64,000 bases of DNA from the human T2T-CHM13v2.0 reference genome, Homo sapiens (GCF_009914755.1 NC_060927.1); one strand, 5' to 3'. Positions 43,110 through 55,925 are shown, numbered from the stretch's first letter. Made by a program: numbers and translations. The notes: a model not told the origin generated them from the letters alone.

Positions 43110-43518
43110 ATGGATGTTATAGAGCACAGTATAGTGTAGACTTCTGACTCTATTGTTTAGTAGCCGTGTGTCCCTTGGTAAGAAACTTACTCTTCTGTGC
43201 CTTAGTTTTCTTCAATTGTAAAATGGTAGTAATAGTAATAGCCAAGGTTTTACTGGGCATCCACTTTATGAGAGGCACCATCCTAAGAGTGTTACATGTA
43301 TTAACTCATGTAGGTTTCACCTGTATCATCTCCATTTTACAGATGAGGAAAGTGAGGAAAAAAGTTGTTAAATAAATAGCAGAGTTGGTATTCAATCCTC
43401 AGCCATCTGTTTTCAGAGCCTGTGCTTGTCCAAAATAATCCCTCTGGTGTTCAGTACCTACCTTATAGGGATGTTTAGAAGATTAAAACAATAATGTACA
43501 TCAAGAGCCAAGAACGAT
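43110..43518. mobile_element. MIR (+) interrupted by an antisense MIR (approx. 43235-43430)
   Basis: + core TTTTCTTCAATTGTAAAATGG resumes at AGTACCTACCTTATAGGG; the inner CCATTTTACAGATGAGGAAA is the minus-strand core. Confidence 0.7.
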
Positions 43519-43520
43519 AT

Positions 43521-43948
43521 TGCTATGGTTTGGTTTGGATATTTGTCCCCTCCAAACCTCATGTTGAAATTTGATTCCCAGTGTTGGAAGTGGGGCCTAA
43601 TGGGAGGTGGTTGGGTCATGGTGGCAGGTCTCTCATGAATAGATTCATGCTTTCCCTCAAGGGTGAGTGAGTTTTTACTCTATCAGTTCTTGTTGAAAGC
43701 TGGCTGTTTAAAAGAGCCTGGCACCTCTCCCCTCTCTCTTGCTTTCTCTCTTACCATGTGACCTCTACATGTGGCTCCCCTTTGCCTTCTGCCATGGGTG
43801 GAAGCAGCCTGAGGCTCTCACCAGATGCAGATGCCCAATCTTCCAGCTAGGAGAATCACGAGCCAAATAAACCTTTTTTTTTTTATTATTATTATAAATT
43901 GCTCAGTCTTGGGTATTCTGTTATAGTAACACAATGTAAATTCAGACA
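43521..43948 (+). mobile_element. MSTB-type solo LTR (MaLR)
   Basis: TGCTATGGTTTGG...CCCTCCAAACCTCATGTTGAAATTTG...GAGCCAAATAAACC...AGACA. Confidence 0.9.
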
Positions 43949-44591
43949 AATGCACAGGTAGGTAAGAAGTTGCTTTTTTTCCTCCCTAACTTTCTGCTTC
44001 TTGTTTGTAGTCCTTCTCCCCCTTGTTCTTCCTGTATTCATAATGTCTCATGCTGAGATGGGTGGAAGTGATGGTTTAACATTGTTCTGTTTGACAAGTT
44101 AAAAACGTCCAAAGTAACTTCAAACAGTTGAAAACACTTCTTTCTTCTGACAAAAAGTTTAAAATGCTGACATTTGTATTGGAGATAAATTAGAAAATGA
44201 AAATAAAATTTTATCTTTCCATTTTTATGCCGGTCTCCAAAAATGTCTTAGGGAGCTAAAGGTGGGGTAGAAGGAGAAGAATCTGTCACTGATGACATTT
44301 AGAAGCAGCCATTGAAACTCTGAGGAACTGGATCTTTGATCCCTTGGAGCCAATTTTTTGAGGGAAATTAGGAAGATGAAGAGTGGTGCTGGGTATCAAG
44401 ACTGCACTCTAGAATAATGAGTGCTCTCTGCTGACTTCCTAATGGTCCCTGTTTCTGGGTTCCAATTCCAGAACTAACCATAAAGTGGGGATTTGCTAGC
44501 CAACAGTTGTCAGTCATTCTCCCCACCCTTCAAGTTCTCCATGTGGTTGCTTCTCTCTCACTCTGCAGATATTTTCTTAGAGAAGAAGGCA

Positions 44592-45135
44592 TAAAGGAAA
44601 TAAAGATATTTTACCTCAAAGTACATTTCTTTGACATATTTTGAAATGGCTGCCAGAGAGCCAGCAAACAGAAGTGGCTTTGCAAGCTGTCTTTTGTGGG
44701 GAAAAATGTGCATTTGTAGAACATCTCCATGAATGTAGCCTGGCCTTTTCTATGCCTTTCCCAGATCTAGGAGAGATTGAGAGTCTGAAAACTTTACAAG
44801 TCTAAAGAGATACACTTACCATTTATTACCTCTGAAGGAGGATTCATCTATAAAGCAAGTCCACCTTTGCCAGCCAAGCCCCTTACTTTCTCTCTCCTAT
44901 AACCTGTCTTACCAATAAAAACCTGTTTTGGGGCATGCTCTGAGTCCACATTCTTTCTATAATCTTAAGATGGGATATAAGCTTATATATATTGTTGGGC
45001 TGGGTCTTCATTCTGATGGCTACTGTGTATACATGTTAAATAAATTTGTATGCCTTTTCTCCTATTAATCAATCTGCCTAATGTCAGTGATTTTTTAGAA
45101 GAACTTTAGAGAACCAAGGGCCTATGGTGCCGACA
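44592..45135 (+). mobile_element. MER34-family (C-like) solo LTR (ERV1)
   Basis: ATTTCTTTGACATATTTTGAAATGGCTGCC...AATAAATTTGTATGCCTTTTCTCCTATTAATC. Confidence 0.82.
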
Positions 45136-45310
45136 GACACTAGCTGAAAAATGGACTTATTGGTTAGTTTTTATATAAACTTTCTTTTCAAACAGTGAGG
45201 ATGAGATTGGAGAGAGGTGAGAAGAAGGGAAAGATAGACAAGTAGATAAACAGAGAAAGAGAATGAGACCAACTATCTCTGAACCATAATTTCACATTTC
45301 CTGCTAGAAA

Positions 45311-45813
45311 TTTTAGATATAAGTTCTAAATTTCTCTTTAAAGAATCAATATGTCAGTACGTTCAATTCTTTGCCTTCTACTTTTAAACTTAACTTCCTC
45401 GTAAAGCAACCTTTTTCGATTACCTACTCCACCCTCATTCCGATTACCTGCTCCACCCTGACTTATTCAGATTACTTGCTACCTGCTCTGCCCTGACTCA
45501 TTCTCCACCCTGCATAACCATTTTTTTTTCCCGCCAAGGTACTCACCCCATCACTCTCTTTAAATTAGCCAATCAGAATTAGTTTAGCCTGTGCAGTCTA
45601 ACCCTAGCCAATAGTGGAACGACACAGCAGCAGGGGCCATGTGAGTCAGGGGTAAGAACCCCTTCCCCTCCCTTGTCCAAGTGTGCGCTCACCGTTGATC
45701 CATCTGTAAGGGCGCACCCTTCTATAGAAGTAACTTACCTTGCTGAGAATTAAAAAGAAAATTTTATATTCGAGTGCTATTCCTTTTGCGGCACCAAAAC
45801 TTTATATATAACA
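45311..45813 (+). mobile_element. LTR10F solo LTR (HERVIP10F)
   Basis: TTAGATATAAGTTCTAAATTTCTC...AAGAATCAATATGTCAG; three GATTACCTGCTCCACCCTGACTCATT-type repeats; two CCAAT boxes; ends TATATAACA. Confidence 0.9.
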
Positions 45814-47224
45814 AAAATCTGATTGGTTTGGCTTTGGTCAGGTGTCCACATGAGTACAAACAAAAGTGTTCAGGTTGACAACAAACCTGCTGAGGGAATA
45901 GACACTCTGAGAAGAGGGACTTGGGCAGAAGAAAAAATGATTCGTAGAGAGGATGACTGGCATCCATTAGACACTAGATTGCCATGGCAGGCCCTGCTTC
46001 TGGTAACTGGGACCATGATGTGGTAATGCACTCTTCACTCCAGATAGTGACTGAGGAAACCAGCATCTCTAGTCCTGCCTCTAGTTCCCAAGCCAGCAGT
46101 CTCCAAGCCTGCCTACCTGCTGGCTTGGATTCCCAGGGTTGAGGTCCATTTGCTGCCAGCCTGATGCAGACTGTTTGCCTTGGCAGTCAGGTCCTCTTGT
46201 TGGTTCCCGGGCCCTCTTCAAAACTGGGGCTTGCCTGACATGTTGACTTTCTCCTATCTCTGCCAGTCAGTTTATCCCCTGAGTGCCTTTCCCTAGCAGC
46301 GGGTACTGTCTATCAGACTTCAGCCAAAGTCACTCAAAAATCCTGTTCTGGAAGCAGAGGAAGGGCACTTACATCCACCACTTTCCAAGTCATCCTAGTC
46401 TATTTTTAAAAAGGGAACCAAACAATCTCAGGGGACATTTCATCCCTAAAAATTCTCCAAGGGAAGTTCAAAGATGGGCTGTTGTTTAGAGATCAATGAA
46501 AAAGAGATGGAGTTTAAATATTAAGAAGAAAGCTCTTGCCTTCAGGTAAAGCTGACATTTGCATAATAATGAGAATGACTAGCCAGATGGAATTGAGAAT
46601 CTGACTGGAATCTCAAATCCTGGTGAGGGAAGATTCATTTGCCTGAAATGGCAGTGGGAAATATGCTAATCAGGGGTTTGCTGCTGTCCATCACGTTCAA
46701 CAGATTCTGAGACAAAGAAATAGAAAGAGTTCACAAATAGGAGGTGATACAACTTGACATTAAACTTAATTTGGTTTGTTTTCCCATCAGCCCCTGACAG
46801 ATGTGCAATTGTGGAAGTCTTTAAAGGGGGTGGGGGAGAACGATTGCCTTCTGTCAGAACTGTCTGACATTGTCATCCCCAGTGCTGTCATTGTCATTAT
46901 TGTTATTGTGTTAGAAACAACAGGAGGGAGGGAGAGGAAACCCAGAGTTGACTCGAATTATTATTGGGAAATAATGGGAACATCTTCAAAGAAAAGTAAA
47001 AGGAAAAGAAAATAAGGACTCCAAATAAACAATTTTGTGTCTTGATGATGAACAAAGGGAAGAATTAGTACCTGAGTGATAGAATCAATAATTTAGAAGA
47101 CATCTCACCTTAGAAATTGAGGTCCCTGAGGGAGACAAGTTTATGTCAGCCTGACCCAGACTTGAGCCTGGATTCTCTTATTTTGAGGCAACAGAAGCTA
47201 TTCTGGGGGAAGATGGAGGAAAGT

Positions 47225-47815
47225 TGTAGGCCAGATTCTAAGATGGCCCCTGTGATTTCCTCTCCCTGGTGGTAAGCCTTATATAATCCTCTTTTTTTGG
47301 GTGTAGGCAGAACATGGGGCTTCCTTCTAACAGAATTGTTCCCATGATTATGTAACATTGCATGACAAAAGTGACAGGGTTTTGAAGATGTAATTAAGGT
47401 CCCACATCAGTTGACTTTGAGGGAGATTATTATAAGTGGGCCTGACCAAATTGGGTGAGCCCTTCAAAAGAGGGCTTAGGCCTTCTTTGAAGTTGCAGAC
47501 TCCAAGCAACAGAGACTCTTTCTCTCTCCATTGCTTACTTCAAAGAAGCAAGCTGCCATGAGTACAGCCACAAGGAAATTACTTCTGTCAACAACCCAAA
47601 AGAGATTGGCAGCAGATTATTTCCATGTTGTGTTCACACAGATGAGACAAAGCCCAGGTAAACATCATGATTTCAGCTCTGTGAGACCTGATCAGAGATC
47701 TTGCTAAGCTGTGCTTGGACTACTGACCCACAGAAACTATGAGATAATACATGGGTATCTTTTAAAGCCACTGAGTTTGTGGTAATTTGTTACAAAGCAA
47801 TAGAGCACTAATCCA
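47225..47815 (+). mobile_element. MLT1E-type solo LTR
   Basis: ATTCTAAGATGGCCCC...GATGTAATTAAGGTCCC...TGACCCACAGAAACT...GTGGTAATTTGTTAC. Confidence 0.85.
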
Positions 47816-48199
47816 GACTTGAGCCCAGATTTTCAATTTTATTTTTTAGAAAGTCAATTGAAGCAAGGCTATGTAAGTTAGCTCTTCTGGTAGGAGGGGC
47901 AGGGCAATGAGGATCAAGAATGCAGGTGTCACATACACATTTCCACAGCCAGTTAGATGCCAATCTAGGCTCTTCTTATTTGTGAGTATGTCTCCACAGG
48001 GCTGGATGACTAGTATGGCCTAGTCTCTGATTCCAAAATTATCACGAGATTAGGAAGCCAGTCTTCCTAATCTTTTCAGTGGAATAACTGAAAAATGTTG
48101 TCCATCCAAGTCCATACTTTCAAGGCAATGACTAAACTCATGCTAGGGCTGCATCCGTCTCTATCCTTGAGCACTCTGTTTCTTGTTGCTCAATGTTAG

Positions 48200-48770
48200 T
48201 TCAATTCAATGAAAAACAACATTTGTTGAGCATTTACTATATTAAAGGTTTTCTACTGGGGTGAGAGCAGGAAGTGGGGTTGTTATTAATAATTATAAAG
48301 CACAGAATCAAAAGTCAAGCATTTCCTGCAGAAATTTCCAAGTTTGTATGATACACAGCCATCTACTCTAGTAGCTATTACAGAAGGCAGATTGTCAAGT
48401 GTTATAACAGATAGCAAAGGGCTGTGACTCCACCATTTTCTGGTTGTGTGACCTTAGGAAAATTACCTACTTGAGCTTCATCTGAAAGATAGCATTAATG
48501 AGAAAGATAACAATAATATTATTAATAACGTGGTTTTGAGAACCAAATGAGCAAAAAATACATGACATACATGGCACACAGTAAGCTCTCAATATGTGTT
48601 ACTATTATAATATAGTTTATGAGGGAATTATTAGGGAAGACTTCCTGTAGGAAGTGATCTTTTAAATCAAGCCTAAAATTGTTGCTAGGTGTTTTATGGG
48701 GAAAACATGAGAGGAGTCCAAGCAAAAAGACCACCAATGATCAAAGACCCAGAGGTGGAAAGAAGATAAT
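48200..48770. mobile_element. L2 3' remnant (-) with an inserted MIR (+, approx. 48430-48610)
   Basis: ACATTTGTTGAGCATTTACTAT (L2 tail); TGTGTGACCTTAGG...GGCACACAGTAAGCTCTCAAT (MIR). Confidence 0.65.
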
Positions 48771-50029
48771 TAGTTGGGTGGACAGTGGCTGCCTGCAGTC
48801 TATAACACACCTTCCTTCTCTCCCTCTGAAGAACTCAAATGTCTATTTCTCTCAGACCAGAGCTTGACAGGCACCTTCCTAAGATTTTAGAATAGCATAG
48901 ATGCTGGCCTCCAAATCCCCACTAATTTTATCCTCTTTAACTATAACTGGGATTTGAACCCTGAAACGCCGAAGAATAAAGATATGTGTCTGGTCTACAC
49001 TTTCAGAGTGGTATAGCCTTATCTCAGAGGGCCTATTTAGCAAACTGAAGAGTATGTAGGCTCCAGCTTCTCCAACTTTTGGAGATGGGCACATTGAAGA
49101 GGCCCATTAGTGATTAATTTCAGTTAAAAAAAATCTCATGTAGCTCTGCAAGACCAAGTGTGGCAGGGTAGGTTTCTTTTTCTGTCTTCGTCTTATTTTC
49201 TTTCTCTCCTCATTCTTAGAAGACAAAGTAAGGAGGCAGAGACTTATAGTAATACATCTAAATCATATTAAACAAAGGATCAACGTTACCACGGGAAAGC
49301 GCTTGTAGATGTTCCACTTTGAAGACACTGAAAACTTTACATCTCCCCTTAAAATGGCAGGAGACACTTATTAGAGTGGACCCAAGAACCTGGGGTGAGG
49401 ACAACAGCTAGAGGCTAGGAATGAAAATGAGAAAGAGAAGGCAGATAAAAGAGTTCTCGGATACTCATATAAGGTAGATTGTGTGTGGGATGAAGGGCAA
49501 ATGGATGGCAAAGTAGAGCAATGATTTTTTCATCTCCTGAACCCTGGGATTGTTTATCTATGTCTCAGTGTGGACTCTACCATGTTTTCCTTCAGCATCA
49601 TCAACAAAACTCTGGGGTTAATTTGGGGAGTGGGTGTTGAAATTGCATGAGACTGTTGCTATGGCAGAGTGTTCAGCCTTTTCACAAGCACAAAAACATT
49701 CTTCAGTGAATGGGAAAAATGTCAGCTTCTTATTTCCAGGAACCAGTTCTGCCCTAAGTCTCAGTGCTAGTAAACCAATTTGCAACATGAAGTCTAAGAC
49801 ATTGGGGTCAGCTTGATGCTCACTGTGACTGATATTGTTGCTGGTTTTGTTTGTTGAACATCATCTGGTACTTACTTCAAAAATTATACTTAGAAGACTT
49901 GTTATTTGCAAACAGGACACCCAGAACTCAGAGTATTGAGGTTTGGATATCTATCACTAAGGCACAGTGTGTCTGTACTAGTTAAACCCCCAATACTCAG
50001 GTTGTTTGTTTTTCTACAGGGTTGGGTTT

Positions 50030-50207
50030 CAGTCTCTTCTCTCAGATCACTTATTACAATTTATAACTTCTTTATTTATTGCCAGTCTTCTCTAGGCTGT
50101 GAGTTTCTTGGGGGCTGGTCTTGTGTGTCTGGTCTGCTGCTTTATCCTAATGGTCCAGCACAGTGCCTGGTACTGTCAATGCATATTTGTTGAATGAATG
50201 AATGAAT
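50030..50207 (+). mobile_element. L2 3' end
   Basis: CAGCACAGTGCCTGG...TATTTGTTGAATGAATGAATGAAT. Confidence 0.85.
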
Positions 50208-50957
50208 TTCGAGGACACTTCTGTTTGTGCACTTCCAGCATTTGTGAGGTTGATGGTTTGTGTTCAGGAACAAGGGGTCACTGTGCATTTGTGTTGATGC
50301 TTCTCTTCTCACTGGGCATGGCTGCCTCTTTCTTTCTCCCCATCCTCTGATTCTCCATCCTCTCACAAATGGTCTTACTGCCCTTTTCTGTAGCTTGCCA
50401 CATGGTTAGACATGTCTTTGGAGAGCTAGAAGGTGGTAATCACTTTAATGTTCACACCTGTTCTACTTCTTTGGTAGGAGGTACAGAGTGACTTGTCTGT
50501 TCAGCAAAGAGGGAGAGAAGGATTCTCAGCAGCTGAAGTGGGGCGGGAGTAGAGGAGATGCCCACTTTTGGTTCTGCAATAAGTCTCAAGTGCTACAGAG
50601 TTCATCAGCTAAGGCACCATGGCCTTAGTGTTGCTCAGATTAGACATTATGTAGCATTTGCCAGCAAAAGAAACCCATCCTGGTCTCTCCTGGATGACTT
50701 GTAAATTTCCTTTGTGGACTTCAGTTGTAACTCAGTGAATGTACCCAAGACTTAACTAACATTTTCCTGGCCCTAATATATATGGGCATATATTAACTAT
50801 CTGCTGGTTGAAACCTAAAGTATCTCTCTCATATGACACCTAAGATATGCCAGGTCTTCTCACAAGTCTGGATAAAAGTAGAATAGCACCCTGGTGGTCC
50901 CAGGAACCAGACCAACTGGGGAGCAGGGACCTCAGGCCCAGGCCTTCCTACTGCAGA

Positions 50958-50961
<4 letters not shown>

Positions 50962-50992
<31 letters not shown>
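50962..50992. repeat. (T)31 homopolymer
   Basis: Seen directly in the sequence. Confidence 0.97.
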
Positions 50993-50995
<3 letters not shown>

Positions 50996-52834
50996 GAACA
51001 GATAAATTATGGTGCCTGCTTGGAGGTTGTACTGGTTGTTGTGGCCGTATAAATATTTGTGTATCAATTGTGCAGGGAGTGGGGGGCAGGCACTGTTCCA
51101 GTGATGTGTTGGTGGCCTGAACATCTTTTTTCCCTCTGTGATATAATGCCACTTGTCATTTATAATTAAAGCTATCACTTCACAACTAACAAAGTCATTC
51201 TGACCAGCAAGAGACGACTGGAAGGAGTACTCTTCCCTACAGAACACCAAACTGGCACTGAGCTGTTTGTGATCATTGTTTTCATTGTCTTCCTGTGGTT
51301 ATTATGTTCATTATTAATAATGATGATCATGATCATTAGGCCTAGGAAGAAAATAATGATAAAATGTCTGTAATTACACATTATAAATACAACATGTTTT
51401 TATTATTATGTTGTATAGTATAAATTATAATCATTATAATCACTATAACAATATGAACTTCTGCTTGAGTTTGTCTTCTATATGATCAAAGCATTTGAAG
51501 ACATGATCTCGTTAGCCTTCATGACATTCTGTCAGAAGGAGAGCAAGTTTCAAATTACAAACCTGTGTGTTGGAGTAAATATGGACTGAAGGGGGTGTTG
51601 TGAAGAACTCCAGAAACCCAAAACAAAATGCAGCCAAATAAACAGTGAGTAGACACACAGCAGGAAGATGTGTCTGACATGCCATAAAGTCTGAAATGAA
51701 AAGGATTTCTGAAAGTTCAGTTCTCTTATTTTCACTGTGCATTTTGTCTCTGCCATTTCCCAGTTGTGTGACCTTGAGAAATTTGCTTTGCCTCTCTGAG
51801 CACGGTGATTAATAGTGCTTTATTTTCCTATTGCAATTAGAGGCAGTACCTATGTTCTGTTCCTCCCCCCACTTTCAGTTTAATGAAATGACTCAATGCA
51901 GCCTGAAATAAGGTCCCAGCCTGGGAACTTTTGGGAGGAACTGAATATTCAACCCAGCACCTGGCACGGAGCTTGGTGCATGGTTGGTTTGTGCTTAATG
52001 AATGTCAGCTGAATGACTAAAGATATAAAAGGAGATTGCTTTATTTAACTTATAGACAGGGGAAATTTTAAGTCGATTTATTAATTGCTGGCACATAAAT
52101 AAGCTGCTGAGATGCCTGAAATCAGAGCTAATCTGCCATTTACCCTAGTCAACTGCCACCCCTGGGCTCTGACTCCTCTACTTCTCTCAACCCCGCTGGG
52201 CAGGGACCCAGGGAGGCAGCCTGTGGGGGCAAAGGAGGTCTGTAGGCTGTAGACACACCAGTGAAGTTGGCCTATTAATGCCATCCTTGCAACTGTGAGC
52301 CTGATGGGCTGTGCCTCTACTCATCACCCATGTCTCCTCCACTGTGACTACAACTCTTCCTTTAGGGACTTTCTCTTTCCTTCAAGGCCATCTTTGAACC
52401 TAGGCTCACTCTGTAACTTGACTCTTCTCAGAGACAAATGTTATACAGTGTGACTTAAACCTGAGCTTTCAGGATCTCCTGTTTGAGGAATCCCGAAATT
52501 GGCTGAAAATGGGATGGTCTCTTCAGTATTCCAGCATCCCCCTGTTCTGTATGATTCACACTCCAATTTGCATCTAGGAGGGATTTGCTGACAAAAAGTA
52601 AGCTCAGTTTTGTCTCAATTATTAGAAAGTCCTCATTAGTAGAACAAATTAATGAATTCTTAGTTGTCTTTTAAAATACTAATCATGAAGTCTCAGCACA
52701 CTGCTATCTGGCTTCTAACGCCCACAGCTTCAGTAACTATTATCAAGGCAACTGGCAACTTCCTAGTGTTGTCACATCCAAGGGACACTTCCAGACATGG
52801 CTATAAGTTCTGTGCAATTGTTCATGCTCTTGCT

Positions 52835-53025
52835 TTCCCCTTCAGCAGTGATCTCAGAGGCCATGTGTTTGAGGTGGAAGCAGCTGGATCCTCTTGGAGG
52901 AGAGGCACCAAGGAGAGCTGACTACCACATGAGGCTTTGCCTTGAGCGAGAAATAAACCTCCATTATGTTAGGCTACTGAGATTTGAATTTGTTTGTTAT
53001 AGCAGCTAGTGTGTTACCCTGACTA
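52835..53025 (+). mobile_element. MLT1 LTR 3' fragment
   Basis: GAGAAATAAACCTCCATTATGTTAGGCTACTGAGATTTG...TTGTTATAGCAGC. Confidence 0.7.
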
Positions 53026-55925
53026 CTGTGGATACTGACAGAGAAATTCCTGAAAGGTGGGATGTTGACGAAATGGCAATTCAAGGGAGGGAGACATTAC
53101 AGAGGTGGTGGGGCTATACTACTTTACTCCTCCATTGTTCCCTTTGATAGTAATCCTAAACGTCTGTCTAGCGGTTCACAGCTTCCACTGACATCCTATA
53201 TGACTCCCGCAGATGAAAATGGAGGAGAATGATGTCTCAGGAGGACCAGAGTCAGGCACAGCACACTCTCCACCAATTTTTCTGCTGTGCCTTCATCCCA
53301 CCTGTGCGCTCACACTTCAGCTTCTCTGTAAGGTACGCAGCCATCAGTCATGTCCCTGATCTTTGCCTATGGGACTGGGCAGAGGTATGGCGGCTGGGAC
53401 CTGCAGAGTGGATGTGTGAGATGGCCATAATTCCAGGCTAAATGAACGCTCTGCAGGCTCCTTTGCTGGTTTGCCAGCTCTCGGCTTTGTGTGCTGGAAA
53501 CATCTTGAACAAAATGTCACAGAGAGCATCTCGGCAGTGTCCTGCTGACTGAGGACCTGGGACTGCCGAGGCTGCCATCTGCCTGCAGCCTCTCGGAGGT
53601 AATTATACCAGAGTCTCTCAAGGCCTGGAACAAGGGGGATGTCAAATGCACTTTCCTTTCTCTAGGAAGGTAATTTTCATTTTCTCAGCTCACTTGGACC
53701 TGCATATCCTTGTGGTCTCCAGGTGTGAGAAAGGTGCAGGGAGAGAAGAAAAGGTACCTGGGGAGAGACAAGGAAAGGGGGCACAGTGGGAGGGGATGGT
53801 AGGGGTGGGACAGCAGGTGGGGGAAGAATGAGGGAGGGGCTTACTGCCACTGAACCCAGAGAGGGGCACATATGCTAATTTTGGCAACTTTTAATTAAAT
53901 GATAGGCTGGAAAAATTCCATTATTATTACTGCTTAGCTTTCTGACTGTAGTGGCTTAATGTCTTCTTTATTAGTGTAATAGTCTGAAAGCATTTTCTTT
54001 CTTCTTCTATTGCTAATTTGCATTAGGAAAAGGAAATGTGTCTGATACATCTTTGAAAGAAAATATTTCCAAAATTTGCTGAAGACGGAGTTTTTATACT
54101 TTCTCCCTCTGCCTCTCCTCCTATTGCTTCTTGTTTGAGTGGGAGGAAAGGTGGGTGTAGTTCTAAAATGAAGGATGATTGAGATTCTCATCTGGCAAGA
54201 GAAACACAAAGCAAGTCCTCTTAAGACACATTTTTTAAAAACGTGGGATTACATTAAGTCACCTTTCCTAGGATCTGGGTTTTATGGGCTCCTCTGATTT
54301 GGGGCAGCATTCAGGGGTCTCTGGAAGAAGGAGAGGCAACAACATCCTTTTCTTAATTATGAATTTTTTTATATGAAAAGTCTAGGGCCCACACCATGAG
54401 GTTACTAGAGGGCTGGGCAACTGTATAGATACCCTTGGGTCAGGTAACAAAAGGCTTGTAGACAGTGAAAAATGTGCTTTGAGACTTTATTTCCATTGTT
54501 TTCACAGCAAGTCTACAAATTAGATTTTATTTTTAAATCATTTTACATTTGAAGAAATTGAATTGCATGAAGGAAAAATGGTTTATCCGAAGTTGTCTAT
54601 AAGTAGGCTGATGAACTGAAGACAGTTCTGGGCAAAATGGGATGAGTTGGTCACCTGACTAGTAAGTTCAATTTTGGATCTTCAGATCCAAGGATGGGAT
54701 TCTTTCTTGTTTTTCGCAGCTTCCCTGGTATATGCACTGTTTTAGTTGCTGTGTTAATTGGCTTTGTTTAGACTTCTATTATTTTGCACATGGATACTAG
54801 CTGCCCTACCAGTGGAGTAATATGGCTGATTTAGAGTTATACAGGATAATGAAGAAACCAAATATTAACAATATTGGCTTGTGCCTTTTGAAAAATTGCT
54901 TTTGAGAAGTTGCTCAGTTTATTGTTCAAAACATGTCTGGAAATCCCAAGTCTTGGGATTCATCACTAGACCCAGTTTCTAGGGCCATTCAGGAAATGAA
55001 GTCTCATTATTTTGCAGTTCCATTTTGTGACAAAATTACCTTTTAGTAATTTGCCTCGTTTCACCTCTCTTGCTCTTCTAGTTTTGGCCAGAAAAGAACT
55101 TCTTGCCTCTCTTTTTCTATTCTATTATATGTTATTATTTCTGTACACAAACTTATTTCAGTGGTTATGTATCTATAACAATAGAGAACTTGGTTGATTG
55201 TAAGTATAGATGGTGCTTAATGACCACCAATGTGGTTTAATAAGTAAAGGAAGTAACCCGTTGAATACTGAGGACACTACATACTAGTATCATGTAACAT
55301 TTGACAGAACATTATTCAAACATAATGTAAAATTGACAAGAATTCAGGATTTGGTTAGTAAAAAGTAAACATTGTTATAGTATCATAAATGAAACTCCAA
55401 GAAGGTTTTAGCAAAGACATTCCACAGGATGAGGGGAGTAGAATCATAATCACAGAATACATATCCCGGCAATAGACTAGACATTGGTTATGTAATTTTA
55501 AAAAAGCCAGTGGGGAATATAAATTCCTCTTTAAATTAGTAGATACATTACAAAGGCCTGTAAAAGAAAGCTCAGAAAATAAGAAGTATTAAATACTTTT
55601 GCCACTTAAGAACCGTTTATCTTTGATCACTTTTTCGACTCACATTTTTATGAAGTGCATAAGTCAAACATGATTAAATAAATTGCAATTTTTTTAAGGT
55701 TAGAAGTGGTCAAGTATTAGCAATTTTATATGTTTCAACCTAACATTACTATTTCTATTTTGCTGAGGGAGAAATGGAATTGATAACTGATACAGAGTTA
55801 CTGGAGATTAGATTTATTGGAGAAATCAGGAAAGGGGGCTATCAAGCCCTTCTGATCCCCAATACTGTTTTTTGTTTTTTGAAGCTACAGTTCCAGTGGC
55901 TGTTATGGAGCAGAAACTTGATAAA

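Noticed and set aside
45415-45510. Short direct repeats superficially like a CRISPR array
   Set aside because: There are no unique spacers and the context is eukaryotic; this is the internal LTR10F tandem repeat.
46400-46540. Faint resemblance to a CR1/L3 3' region
   Set aside because: Too diverged to support by eye.
54620-54660. Single Blackjack-type TIR (GGGATGAGTTGGTCACCT) within a MIR-like stretch
   Set aside because: Only about 35 bp with no partner TIR, too short to call as an element.
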